This document shows, one piece after another, positions 1-9,590 of a stretch of 64,000 nt of DNA. The stretch's first letter is position 1. Each line of letters starts with the position of its first letter. Made by a program: the position numbers and the translations under genes. Source of the stretch: Syntrophales bacterium (lineage in GTDB: Bacteria > Desulfobacterota > Syntrophia > Syntrophales > UBA6807); the NCBI GenBank assembly GCA_040767195.1, contig JAXGPA010000001.1, positions 128,001 through 192,000 of the forward strand. Reading direction: 5' to 3'. The notes below the pieces were generated by a model. That model had not been told where the DNA came from and ran no database searches. It saw nothing but the letters and a program-made list of their open reading frames with translations.

Positions 1-1753
1 TGGCGATGCCCCTGTCCTGGAAATCGTCCCGGACGGCGAAGGCCACTTCCGCCGTGTGCGTCCGTTCATCGATGCCGTACTGCCCAACGGCGACGATCTT
101 TTCCCGGATTTTCCGGTCCACCACGGCCACGATGAGCATTTCCTTCGTGTAATCGATGACCGTGAAATCCTGGAGGCGTTCGTGGGGCATGTCCTTCCGG
201 CTGGAGATGAAACGCCGGTAAAGGCTCTTGTCGGACAGGGAATAGAAAAAATCCTTGAGAAGGGGTTCGTCGCTGATCTTGACGGGCCTCAGGTAGATGT
301 TCAGTCCCGCGTCCGTCGTCCGGTACCCCTCGAGGGTCTCCGGGTATTCCCCCTTTTTCCCGGGAATGTAGGTCTGGTCCTGGTAAATGAGCCCCGCCTT
401 TTTCGCTTCCTCGATGAGCCAGGGCCGGAAGCGGGGATGGGCGACGGCGATGAGTTCCATGGCCCGCTCGCGGATGTTCCTTCCGTGGAGATAGACGATG
501 CCGTACTCGGTGACCACGTAGTGGATGTCCCCCCGGTTCAGGGTCGCTCCCGCCCCTTCCTTGAGAAAGGGCACAATCCGGGAGACCTCGCCCTGGGAGG
601 CCGTGGAAAGCATGGCCAGGATCGTTTTCCCGTTCCGGGCCAGGACGGCCCCCCGCATGAAATCGGCCTGACCTCCGATGCCGCTGTAAAAGATTTTCCC
701 GATGGATTCGGCGCTGGCCTGGCCCGTCAGGTCGATTTCCAGGGCCGAGTTGATGGCCGTCATGTTCTCGTGCTGGGCGATGACCAGGGGATCGTTGGTG
801 TAGTCGATGGTCTTCAGCTCCACCATGGGATTGTCGTGAAGGTATTCATAAGTCCCCTTTTTTCCCATGCAGAAAGCGGCAACGGCCTTTCCCCGGTTCA
901 GGGTCTTCCGCTCGTTGGTGATGACGCCCGCCTTCATGAGGGCCACGATGCCGTCACCGATGAGTTCCGTGTGGATCCCGAGATCCTTTTTGTCCCCCAG
1001 GTTTTTCAGGATGGCGTTGGGGATGTTTCCGTAACCGACCTGGATGGTGTCCCCATCCTGGATGAGCCGGGCCACGTATGCGCCGATCCTGCGGATTTCT
1101 TCCGTCTCCTCCCCGGGGTCGTATTCCAGAAGGTCTTCATCGCAGGGAAAAACGTAATCCACGTCGCCGATGTGGATGAACCCGTCACCGTGAACCCGGG
1201 GCATGCGGGCGTTCACCTGGGCGATGACTACCCGGGCGCAGTCCACCGCCGCCTTGTCGATGTCCACACTCACGCCAAGACTCATGTAGCCGTGCCTGTC
1301 GGGCATGGATGTCTGGACGAGGGCCACGTCGATGGGAACGATCCGTCGATAAATGAGATCGGGGACTTCGGAGAGAAAGATGGGGGTGTAGTCGGCCATG
1401 CCCCGGTTCACCGATTCCCGGGTGTTGTCTCCGATGAAAAAGGAATTGTGGCGAAAGTTGGATTTGAATTTCTGATCCGTGTAGGGGGCGACGCCAAGGG
1501 TCCAGACATGGAGCACCTCGGCGTCGAAAAACGACTTGGGATGGGCGTCCACGTATCGGATGAGGGCGTCCACCAGGGACCGGGGCTCGCCGCACCCCGT
1601 GCTGATGAAGATCCGGTCCCCCCGGTGAATGGACTGGAAGATTTTTTCCTCCGTCCCGAACTTCTCCGGGTACGCCTCCTTCAACTCCTCTGTTTTCTTT
1701 GCGTTGATTTCCCGCTGGAGGTCGTGCCAGCCGGATCTGCTGTTCTGGCTCAT
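1..1753 (-). CDS. Acetyl-CoA hydrolase/CoA-transferase family protein with C-terminal GNAT domain (3' end runs off the window)
   Basis: Manual minus-strand translation from ATG 1753 (not in ORF track because no stop lies inside the window): GDRIFISTGCGEP, SLGVSVD, QVGYGNIP, LGIHTE, SGIGGQADF, VTEYG, then GNAT-like YLRPVKISDE...AEVAFAVRDDFQDRGIA. Confidence 0.9.
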   Translation of the reverse strand, partial: MSQNSRSGWHDLQREINAKKTEELKEAYPEKFGTEEKIFQSIHRGDRIFISTGCGEPRSLVDALIRYVDAHPKSFFDAEVLHVWTLGVAPYTDQKFKSNFRHNSFFIGDNTRESVNRGMADYTPIFLSEVPDLIYRRIVPIDVALVQTSMPDRHGYMSLGVSVDIDKAAVDCARVVIAQVNARMPRVHGDGFIHIGDVDYVFPCDEDLLEYDPGEETEEIRRIGAYVARLIQDGDTIQVGYGNIPNAILKNLGDKKDLGIHTELIGDGIVALMKAGVITNERKTLNRGKAVAAFCMGKKGTYEYLHDNPMVELKTIDYTNDPLVIAQHENMTAINSALEIDLTGQASAESIGKIFYSGIGGQADFMRGAVLARNGKTILAMLSTASQGEVSRIVPFLKEGAGATLNRGDIHYVVTEYGIVYLHGRNIRERAMELIAVAHPRFRPWLIEEAKKAGLIYQDQTYIPGKKGEYPETLEGYRTTDAGLNIYLRPVKISDEPLLKDFFYSLSDKSLYRRFISSRKDMPHERLQDFTVIDYTKEMLIVAVVDRKIREKIVAVGQYGIDERTHTAEVAFAVRDDFQDRGIA

Positions 1754-1851
1754 GAAATTCCCATCTGCCGCGAAAAGAACAACTGCCGGTGAACGGACCT
1801 TTCCGATCTGCCGGAAATATCCCATATCACTTCATTTCTACCCCGGTAAGG

Positions 1852-1880
1852 ATTATAGTCCCCGGGAGCACCCCGGTCAA
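1852..1880 (-). promoter_or_regulatory. Sigma70-like promoter of the CoA-transferase-GNAT gene
   Basis: Minus strand TTGACC-17 nt-TATAAT. Confidence 0.6.
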
Positions 1881-2045
1881 GGCGAAAAATAGTCACGACC
1901 GGTAAGGCCTCAAAGTCGCCGTTCGAAACCCACAACCCGCCCCGCTCATGGCGGACGGGCAAAATTCCCGTCCCGAAATAAACGCGGGGGCTTCCCGCCT
2001 TGCCGGAAGCCCCCGTGACAATTTTCTAAAAGCTCCTGTTTTCCC

Positions 2046-3395
2046 CTACACCGGCAGGTACAATAGCGCCAGTATAAAGAGTATGGCGCTCACCACCAGG
2101 ACGACCATGGTGTACCCGACGATTTCTCTCGCTTTCAGCCGCGTGATCCCCAGGAGGGCGAGGGCCCAGAAGGGCTGGAGCATGTTCGTCCACTCGTCGC
2201 CGTAGGCCACGGCCATGATGGTCTTGTTCATGTCGAAGTTCATGGCCTGGGCCGCCTTCACCATGATGGGCCCCTGGACGGCCCACTGGCCGCCGCCGGA
2301 AGGCACGAAGAGGTTCACCAGGCCGGCGCTCAAGAACGTGAAGACGGGGTACGTCGTCTCCGTGGAAATGCTGACGAACCAGCCGGCCATGATGGCGACG
2401 AGGCCGGAGTACTTCATCATTCCCATGATACCCGCGTAGAAGGGGAACTGAACAATGATCCCCGCACAGGCCTTGGCACCTTCGCTGACGGCCCGGACGT
2501 AGTTGATGGGAGTCCGCTGGAACAGGATGCCCAGGAACAGGAAGGTGAAGTTGACGATGTTCAGGTCCAGGGCGAACCCTTTCGTGTAAAAGTACCAGAC
2601 CACGTAGATCATACCGGCAGCGCCGACGATCCCCGAGATGATGACGCTGTTTTCGATCTTGTCGGCCACGACCATTTCTTCCCTGGGAACGACTTTGACC
2701 TCTTCCTTTTTCACCAGGTCGGGGTCCACGTCAACGATGGTTTCGATCTCCTCCTTGTTCCTCGGGGCCATGAGCATGCACACCGTGGGGATGAGGAGGA
2801 TGAGGGCGATGGAAACGACGATGTTCATGGTGCTGAAAAGGGTCTGACTCGACGGGATGACACCGATTTCGTTCACCAGGAAGTGCTTCTGGGTGGCCAC
2901 GAGGAGGGGTGCCGACGCGGAAAGGCCGCCGTGCCAGGTGAGGAACCCGGCGTAGCCCGCGGCCCCGAGAAGGGGATAGTGCATCGGGATTCCCCGGAGC
3001 TGGCCGCTGCGCCCCACTTCACGGGCCATGAGGGCGCCGACGATGATCCCGAGACCCCAGTTGATCCACGCGGCGATGGCCGCCGTGAGACCGACAAGGA
3101 AGATGGCCCCGGTCTGATGTTTGGGGATTTCAGCGAGATGCTCGATCCCTCTACGCACAATCGGCGAGGTGGCCAGGGCGTGGCCCGTGACAAGGATGAG
3201 GCACATCTGCATGGCGAAGGACAGGAGTTCCCAGAAGCCCTTGTACCAGTGCTGAAGCATCTGGAAGGGACCGCTTTCCGTCAGGATGACGCCGATGATG
3301 TAGGTCAGGAACGTCAGCAGAATAGCGAAAAGCATCGGGTCCGGCATGAATTTGCGCGCGAACTTGTCAAAGGCGCGCCCCATTGCTCTGATCAT
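2046..3395 (-). CDS. atoE: Short-chain fatty acid transporter (AtoE family)
   Basis: 449 aa polytopic membrane protein; MPDP, LLSFAMQM, WHGGLSASAP, PSGGGQWAVQGP, WTNMLQPFWALALL motifs. Confidence 0.9.
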   Translation of the reverse strand: MIRAMGRAFDKFARKFMPDPMLFAILLTFLTYIIGVILTESGPFQMLQHWYKGFWELLSFAMQMCLILVTGHALATSPIVRRGIEHLAEIPKHQTGAIFLVGLTAAIAAWINWGLGIIVGALMAREVGRSGQLRGIPMHYPLLGAAGYAGFLTWHGGLSASAPLLVATQKHFLVNEIGVIPSSQTLFSTMNIVVSIALILLIPTVCMLMAPRNKEEIETIVDVDPDLVKKEEVKVVPREEMVVADKIENSVIISGIVGAAGMIYVVWYFYTKGFALDLNIVNFTFLFLGILFQRTPINYVRAVSEGAKACAGIIVQFPFYAGIMGMMKYSGLVAIMAGWFVSISTETTYPVFTFLSAGLVNLFVPSGGGQWAVQGPIMVKAAQAMNFDMNKTIMAVAYGDEWTNMLQPFWALALLGITRLKAREIVGYTMVVLVVSAILFILALLYLPV

Positions 3396-3689
3396 GATCT
3401 ACCTCCTCTCGAATTTACTTAAAAGAAAAAAAGAAAAGATAACAATGACCCCGCAAAAAGTTTCCTTCTTACCCAATGTGCTGTGTCACTTGAAAAAAAG
3501 AGAACGGTTGAAATGAAGAAGCATCCCTCCTTTCCGGACAGAATTTCTATCGTCGTGGAGAGTCCTGACGTCCGGTCCGCGGCCGGCCGACAGCATTCAG
3601 ACCCCCCGGTATTGCCGCCGGTCCTAAAGAGAAAGGGACTTTCGCCTCTTTCGAAAAAGAGTTTCATGTGTTTTATGAAACACTTGTAA

Positions 3690-3717
3690 AATATACAGAA
3701 AAAAACGGGCCTGTCAA
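3690..3717 (-). promoter_or_regulatory. Putative sigma70 promoter of atoE
   Basis: Minus strand TTGACA-16 nt-TATATT. Confidence 0.4.
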
Positions 3718-3763
3718 TCCCTTTATTCCCCGGCGACTTCGGTCGCCGTCACGGGGCCTCCCG

Positions 3764-5863
3764 TCAGTTTTTCCAGATGAACCGGGCATCCACCGCCCCG
3801 GACCGCTTCGACCCGGCGATAAAGGGATTGATGTCCATTTCCAGGAGGTCGGGGATTGCCTCGGCGAGACAGGACACCCGAAGCAGGGCGTCGACGAGAA
3901 GCGCCAAATCCACCCCCGCCTGGCCCCGGGCCCCTTCGAGAATGGGATAGATACGAAGGGACCGAAGCATGTCCTCCGCCTCCTTCCGGTCCAGCGGGGC
4001 GATTCCCCGGCTCACGTCCCGGAAGATTTCCGTGTAGATCCCGCCGAACCCGCAGGCCAGGACGGGGCCGAACTCGGGATCCCTCTTCATTCCCAGGAGA
4101 AGCTCCGTCCCGGATAGCTGCTCCTGGAGATGGAATCCTTCAAAATCCGCCTTCGGGGCTTTTTCCGCGATCCGGGCGGACAGCTCGTCCCACGCCCGGA
4201 AGAGCGCTTCCTCGCCGCCGATCCCCGTGACGACCCCGCCCCATTCGCTCTTGTGGAGAAAGGACGGACCGGTGACCTTGAGGACCAGGGGACAGGAAAG
4301 TCCCCGGGCCGTTTCCCCCAGGACCTCCCTTTTCGGGACAACATGGCCCGGGACGACGGGCATGCCGAAGGCGTCGAGAAGCGCCAGGGCCTCTTCCCCG
4401 AGAAGAACGCCGTCCCGGCGGCCTTTTTCAATGAGGGTCCGGGCCTTTTCCCGGTCCCGGGAAGGGGCTTCGGGCAAAGGGGCGGGCCGGGCGGCCGCCT
4501 GGCGATACCGGCGTGAAAAAGCCAGCCCCCGAACGGCATCCTCGATGGAGGGGAAGGCGGCGACATTTTCAATTTCCTCATATTGCTCTTCCTGCACGTC
4601 CAGGTCGTCCGCATAGAGCCACAGGGCGATGGGTTTCCCGCCGCCCTCACCTTCCCGGGCCTTTTTGACCACCTCGACGAGACTGGCAATATTTCCGTGA
4701 AGGGGTGAACTCATGGCCGGAATGATCATGAGAAGGCCGTCGACACCGGAAGACGCCTGAAGCTCCCGAAGGGCCGTCGACACCGCCCCGGTATAATTTC
4801 CGCCGATCATGCCGATGGGCCAGATGTCCACGGGATTGGTCACCCCGATCCAGTCGGGAAGGCCTTCCGTCAGGCTCTTCGAAAGGCCGGCCGGCAGCTC
4901 CGCCAGGGTCAGGTCCCCCTCGGCGGCGTCGATGGCCATGATGCCGCCGGCCCCGGTGACGGTGATGATCCCGACCCGCGGGCCCGCCCTATCGCCGAAG
5001 CGGACCAGGGCCCGGAGGGCCGTCCGAAATTCCTGCGTGTCCCGGACCCGGATGACGCCCGCCTTTCGAAAGGCGGCGTCGTACACGGCGTCCTCCCCGA
5101 CGAGGGACCCGCTGTGGGACAGGGCCGCCCGGGCCCCTTTTTCGCTCCTCCCCGTTTTCAGGACGACGATGGGCTTCTCTCTCGTGATCCGGGAGGCCAC
5201 CTCGAGAAATTCTCGTCCCCGGCGGATTCCCTCCATGTGGACGGCGATCACCCGGGTTTCGGGATCCTTTTCGAAGTATTCGAGGGCGTCCACGAAATCC
5301 ACGTCGCAGGTGTTCCCGATGTCGATCCCCTTTCCCCAGTGCCTGTAAGCGAAATCGATGGCGGCCACCTGGAAGACCCCCGTCTGGGCGATCAGGGAAA
5401 CGGGGGAGAATTTCTCCGGAACGGGGAGGTCGACGAAACTCGTCGTGAAGGAAGCGAAGTTGTTTACCACCCCCATGGTGTTGGGCCCCAGGATACGGAT
5501 CCCCTTTTCCCGGGCGAAGGCCGTCATCCGTTCCTGGAGCGCCCGGCCGTGGTCGTCGGCGTCGGAAAACCCCTGGGTGACGACGATGATCCGCCCGATG
5601 CCCGCCCGGGCGCACGCCTCGAGGACGGGGAAGACCCGGTCTCTTCCCACGGAGACCACGGCAAGGTCCGCCCTCTCGGGAACATGGGCGATGGATTCAA
5701 AGGCCCGAAGGCCGCAGATCTCGCCGGCCTGGGGATTGACGGGATAGATACGGCCGCCATAGCCGTACCGGAGCATGGTTTCCACGTTGTTGAAGGAACC
5801 GGGACCGGTCCGCCTGGGCGCCCCCACGATGACGACGGACCGCGGGTTGAGAAATTTTTCCAT
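3764..5863 (-). CDS. ADP-forming acyl-CoA synthetase (acetate--CoA ligase family, alpha+beta fusion)
   Basis: FLNPRSVVIVGA CoA-binding start, LGPNTMG, ALSHSGSL (phospho-His), NPVD, HKSEWGGV ATP-grasp, MDINP; ATG 5863 preceded by AAGGAGG. Confidence 0.88.
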   Translation of the reverse strand: MEKFLNPRSVVIVGAPRRTGPGSFNNVETMLRYGYGGRIYPVNPQAGEICGLRAFESIAHVPERADLAVVSVGRDRVFPVLEACARAGIGRIIVVTQGFSDADDHGRALQERMTAFAREKGIRILGPNTMGVVNNFASFTTSFVDLPVPEKFSPVSLIAQTGVFQVAAIDFAYRHWGKGIDIGNTCDVDFVDALEYFEKDPETRVIAVHMEGIRRGREFLEVASRITREKPIVVLKTGRSEKGARAALSHSGSLVGEDAVYDAAFRKAGVIRVRDTQEFRTALRALVRFGDRAGPRVGIITVTGAGGIMAIDAAEGDLTLAELPAGLSKSLTEGLPDWIGVTNPVDIWPIGMIGGNYTGAVSTALRELQASSGVDGLLMIIPAMSSPLHGNIASLVEVVKKAREGEGGGKPIALWLYADDLDVQEEQYEEIENVAAFPSIEDAVRGLAFSRRYRQAAARPAPLPEAPSRDREKARTLIEKGRRDGVLLGEEALALLDAFGMPVVPGHVVPKREVLGETARGLSCPLVLKVTGPSFLHKSEWGGVVTGIGGEEALFRAWDELSARIAEKAPKADFEGFHLQEQLSGTELLLGMKRDPEFGPVLACGFGGIYTEIFRDVSRGIAPLDRKEAEDMLRSLRIYPILEGARGQAGVDLALLVDALLRVSCLAEAIPDLLEMDINPFIAGSKRSGAVDARFIWKN

Positions 5864-6017
5864 GAAACCCTCCTTTTTTATCGGCCGAACGGAAGAACCT
5901 TTCCCTTCTTTAGGAAACGGTCCGTCTCCTGTCAATGCAAATCAACCCACGGCGACCGATTGACGGGACCACCGGGCTGTGATAACCATGGTCATCAAGC
6001 CGATTTCGGAGACGCTC

Positions 6018-7691
6018 ATGATCCTAGGTATCGATGTCGGGGGCACCCACACGGATGCCGTTCTCCTGGACAGCCGTTTCGACGTGGTCGAATGGGCCAA
6101 GGTTCTCACGAACCCTGACAATCTCATCGACTCGTTCCGCGAGGCGACCTCCCGGGTTCTGAACGGTAAAAACCTGACGAAGCTCGAGAGGATCGTCCTC
6201 AGCACCACCATGTCCACCAACGCCATTGTTCAGAACAAGGTGGACCGGGTGGGCATGATCCTTGCCGGGGGGCCCGGGCTGGCCCCGGAGGCGCTTCACG
6301 TCGACGGGGACACCCACTTCGTCTCGGGGTACATGAGCCACCGGGGAATCGAGGCGGCGGCCGTGGACGAGAGCGAGGTCCTGGAAGCGGCAGGCCGCCT
6401 CAAGGCGTCAGGAATCCGTCACGGCGGGATCGTGGGAAAATTCTCCACGAGAAACCCCGGCCTGGAACTCAAAATCGGAAATCTCATCGAAAAGGACTTC
6501 GACCATCTCTCTTTCGGCCACCGCATGTCGGGAAACCTGAACTACCCCCGACGGATCGCCACGACCTACCTGAACGCCGCCATCTGGAGCGTCTACAATC
6601 GCTTCGTCGACAACCTTCTCCGTTTCGTCGGCGAACTCGGAGTGACGGCACCGGTGTATATCCTCAAGGCTGACGGCGGTACCTCGGAAATCCGCCAGTC
6701 GGCGAAATACCCCGTGGGCACGATCCTCTCCGGCCCGGCGGCGAGCATCATGGGAATCCTCAGCCTGACGGGCGGGAAGGAAGACGCCGTGGCCCTCGAC
6801 ATCGGGGGAACGACCACGGACATCGCCCTTTTCGCCGACGGGGTCCCCCTCCTGGAACCCTTCGGCGTCACCATCGCGGGACGACGCACCCTGGTCCGGG
6901 GCCTGAAGACCCGTTCCATCGGCGTGGGCGGAGACAGCCGGGTCCGCTGGGAAAAGGGGGAACTCCGGATCGGCCCCGAGCGGGAAGGTCCCGCCCGGGC
7001 CTTCGGCGGACCCTTTCCGACCCCGACGGACGCCATGATCGTTCTCGGTCTCACGGCAATGGGAAACCGTGAAAAGGCTTTGGAGGCCATGGCGGAACTG
7101 GCGGAAGAAGGAAAGACATCCCCCGGGGAAATGGCCAGGATCGTTTATGAAAAGGCCTGCGAGATCATTTCCGGGGCCGTCCGGGAGCTCCTCGAGGAGG
7201 TCAACAACAAGCCTGTTTACACCATTCATGAAATCCTGGAAGGGAAGATCATTACCCCGAAAGTCCTCTTTACCGTCGGGGGACCCGCGGAAGCCATGGC
7301 CCCGAGGATCGGGGAACACCTGGGCTGCCCCTCCCGCCTCCCGGAACATGCCATGGTGGCCAACGCCGTGGGGGCCGCCCTGGCAAGAACGACGGCGGAA
7401 ATCACCCTTCTCGCGGACACGGAAAAGAAGACCCTCACCATCGTGGAAGAGGGTCTCCAGCAGGACATTCCCGGCCGGTTTTCCCGGGACGACGCCCTTT
7501 TCATCTGCCGGGAACGGCTCCTGGAGCGGGCCCTGAAGATGGGGGCCCGCGAAGCGGACCTGGTCATGGAAATCATCGAGGACCAGGTGTTCAACATGGT
7601 CCGGGGTTTTTACACCACGGGGAAGAATATCCGCATCAAGGCCCAGATCAAGCCCGGCCTCATCGCCCGCGGGCAGGAAGGAGCACCGTGA
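6018..7691 (+). CDS. Hydantoinase/oxoprolinase A-family protein
   Basis: GIDVGGTHTD, TILSGPAAS, DIGGTTTD, SIGVGGDS, GGPFPTPTDA, VANAVGAA. Confidence 0.85.
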   Translation: MILGIDVGGTHTDAVLLDSRFDVVEWAKVLTNPDNLIDSFREATSRVLNGKNLTKLERIVLSTTMSTNAIVQNKVDRVGMILAGGPGLAPEALHVDGDTHFVSGYMSHRGIEAAAVDESEVLEAAGRLKASGIRHGGIVGKFSTRNPGLELKIGNLIEKDFDHLSFGHRMSGNLNYPRRIATTYLNAAIWSVYNRFVDNLLRFVGELGVTAPVYILKADGGTSEIRQSAKYPVGTILSGPAASIMGILSLTGGKEDAVALDIGGTTTDIALFADGVPLLEPFGVTIAGRRTLVRGLKTRSIGVGGDSRVRWEKGELRIGPEREGPARAFGGPFPTPTDAMIVLGLTAMGNREKALEAMAELAEEGKTSPGEMARIVYEKACEIISGAVRELLEEVNNKPVYTIHEILEGKIITPKVLFTVGGPAEAMAPRIGEHLGCPSRLPEHAMVANAVGAALARTTAEITLLADTEKKTLTIVEEGLQQDIPGRFSRDDALFICRERLLERALKMGAREADLVMEIIEDQVFNMVRGFYTTGKNIRIKAQIKPGLIARGQEGAP

Positions 7692-9007
7692 TGAAAGGAA
7701 AAGAGAGAAAAACCGGCCTCGTGTTCTTTCCCGCCTTTGACTGGGCCATCAGCTCCACCCACCCGGAGCGCGAAGAAAGGCTCCTTTACACCCAGGACCA
7801 GGTTTTCGAGGAGGGCCTCCTCGACCTGGAAAACATCGTCGAGTTCAAGCCGGGCCTGGCGACGAAGGCAGACGTGGACCGGGTTCACATCTGCGTTCCC
7901 GACGTGAGTCATGTGACCACGGAATCCCACATGATTTCAGCGGGAGGGGCCATCACGGCGGCGGAAAAGGTGCTCGAGGGAGAGGTGGACAACGCCTTCG
8001 CCCTCGTCCGCCCCCCGGGACACCACGCCATGCGGGTCGTCCACGGCGCGCGGGGGTTCTGCAACATCAACATCGAGGCGGTCATGATCGAGCACATCCG
8101 CAGGAAGTACGGCCACAGGCGGATCGCCATCGTCGACACGGACTGCCATCACGGCGACGGCACCCAGGACATCTTCTGGCATGACCCGGACACGCTCTTC
8201 ATCTCCCTTCACCAGGACGGGAGAACCCTCTACCCCGGTTCGGGTTTTCCCGAGGAGTTCGGAGGGCCCAACGCCCTGGGAACGACCCTGAACATCCCCC
8301 TCCCTCCCCGGACCTCGGAGGAAGGGTTCCTTTACGTCCTGGACAACCTCATCCTTCCCATACTGGACGACTTCAAGCCCGACCTCGTCATCAATTCCGC
8401 CGGCCAGGACAATCACTACACGGACCCCATCACGGACATGCAGTTCACCGCCCAGGGGTACGCCCGGCTGAACGACCGGCTTTCTCCCCACATCGCCGTC
8501 CTCGAAGGAGGATACTCTGTGGAAACGGCCCTGCCCTACATCAACGTAGGGATCATTCTCGCCATGGCCGGCCTCGATTACAGCCACGTCAGGGAACCGG
8601 ACTACGACCCGGAAAGAATCCGGCAGTCCGCCGACATCACCCGTTACATCGAGAAACTCTCCGAGGGGATCTATGGCCTCTGGAAACGACGGGACGAGGA
8701 AAAAAGCAAGCTTCGCCGGGATGGCGAGTTCGCCCGGAGAAGCCGGGGCATTTTCTATGACACGGACCACATATCGGAGGAGCAGACGGAGCTTGTGCGG
8801 ATATGCGACGACTGCGGCGGCCTCATCACCATCGATTCCCGGGCCGATCACAGCACCCGGATCTTCGCCGTCGTCATCCCCGGCCGAAGCTGCCCGGCCT
8901 GCCGTAAAAAAGGCGAGGAGATCTACGAGACCAGGTCCCGAAAGGACGGGCCCTACGATCACATCTATCTCCAGGACCGGGACCGGGACCTCTACATGAA
9001 CAAGTAA
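7688..9007 (+). CDS. Histone deacetylase family (Zn-dependent deacylase) protein with C-terminal Cys-rich extension
   Basis: HPE, RPPGHHA, GFC, DTDCHHGDGTQ, SAGQD, LEGGY; overlaps the upstream gene's stop (GTGATG). Confidence 0.88.
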   Translation: MMKGKERKTGLVFFPAFDWAISSTHPEREERLLYTQDQVFEEGLLDLENIVEFKPGLATKADVDRVHICVPDVSHVTTESHMISAGGAITAAEKVLEGEVDNAFALVRPPGHHAMRVVHGARGFCNINIEAVMIEHIRRKYGHRRIAIVDTDCHHGDGTQDIFWHDPDTLFISLHQDGRTLYPGSGFPEEFGGPNALGTTLNIPLPPRTSEEGFLYVLDNLILPILDDFKPDLVINSAGQDNHYTDPITDMQFTAQGYARLNDRLSPHIAVLEGGYSVETALPYINVGIILAMAGLDYSHVREPDYDPERIRQSADITRYIEKLSEGIYGLWKRRDEEKSKLRRDGEFARRSRGIFYDTDHISEEQTELVRICDDCGGLITIDSRADHSTRIFAVVIPGRSCPACRKKGEEIYETRSRKDGPYDHIYLQDRDRDLYMNK

Positions 9008-9113
9008 TCGAATTTCACCTTGACAGGGGGGGCTCTTTTCCATTACAGTCGCCGGAAATCCCGGGAATCACTGAAGGGATCACCGGGAGGATCGCAGTGA
9101 GGAGGTCATTGTT

Positions 9114-9512
9114 GTGAGCGACGAGGCAATCAGGAAACGAACCCAGGAAACAGCGACGAAGCTCTTTGGAAAAGGGATCAAGATGGACCCCCCTTACCTC
9201 ATGTGGCGGGAGTTCGACAAGGACCTGGCCAATGAGTTTTCCAAGTTCATCACCGGCAATCTTTACTCCAGGACGGTTCTCACCCTGCCGGAAAGGCAGA
9301 TGGTCGCCTGCGCCATGCTGGCGGCCCTGAGGGCGACGGGAGAGCTGAAGCTCCACGTGAACGCCGCCCTGAACGTGGGCTGCGACCCGAGAAAACTCGC
9401 CGAAACCTTCTTCCAGGTGGCCACATACGCCGGCATGCCGGCGGTAAACGAGGCCCTCGAAGTCTTTCGCGATGTCCTGAAAGAAAGAGGAGAGTGGCCG
9501 GTCAAGGCGTAA
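9114..9512 (+). CDS. Carboxymuconolactone decarboxylase (CMD/AhpD) family protein
   Basis: LYSRTVLTLPERQMV, ELKLHVNAALNVG, YAGMP; GAGGAGG RBS before GTG. Confidence 0.85.
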   Translation: MSDEAIRKRTQETATKLFGKGIKMDPPYLMWREFDKDLANEFSKFITGNLYSRTVLTLPERQMVACAMLAALRATGELKLHVNAALNVGCDPRKLAETFFQVATYAGMPAVNEALEVFRDVLKERGEWPVKA

Positions 9513-9590
9513 GTTTTTTTGAGGGAAATAAAACAGCGGAAGGGGGGGTCCGAATAGTGGCCCCCTTTTTTACTTCGGAGTGGAAGAAAG

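Noticed and set aside
56..1792. 578-aa plus-strand ORF
   Set aside because: Antisense shadow of the real minus-strand CoA-transferase-GNAT gene; no motifs of its own.
3400..3660. Riboswitch in the long atoE leader
   Set aside because: No recognisable aptamer consensus by eye; a covariance search would be needed.
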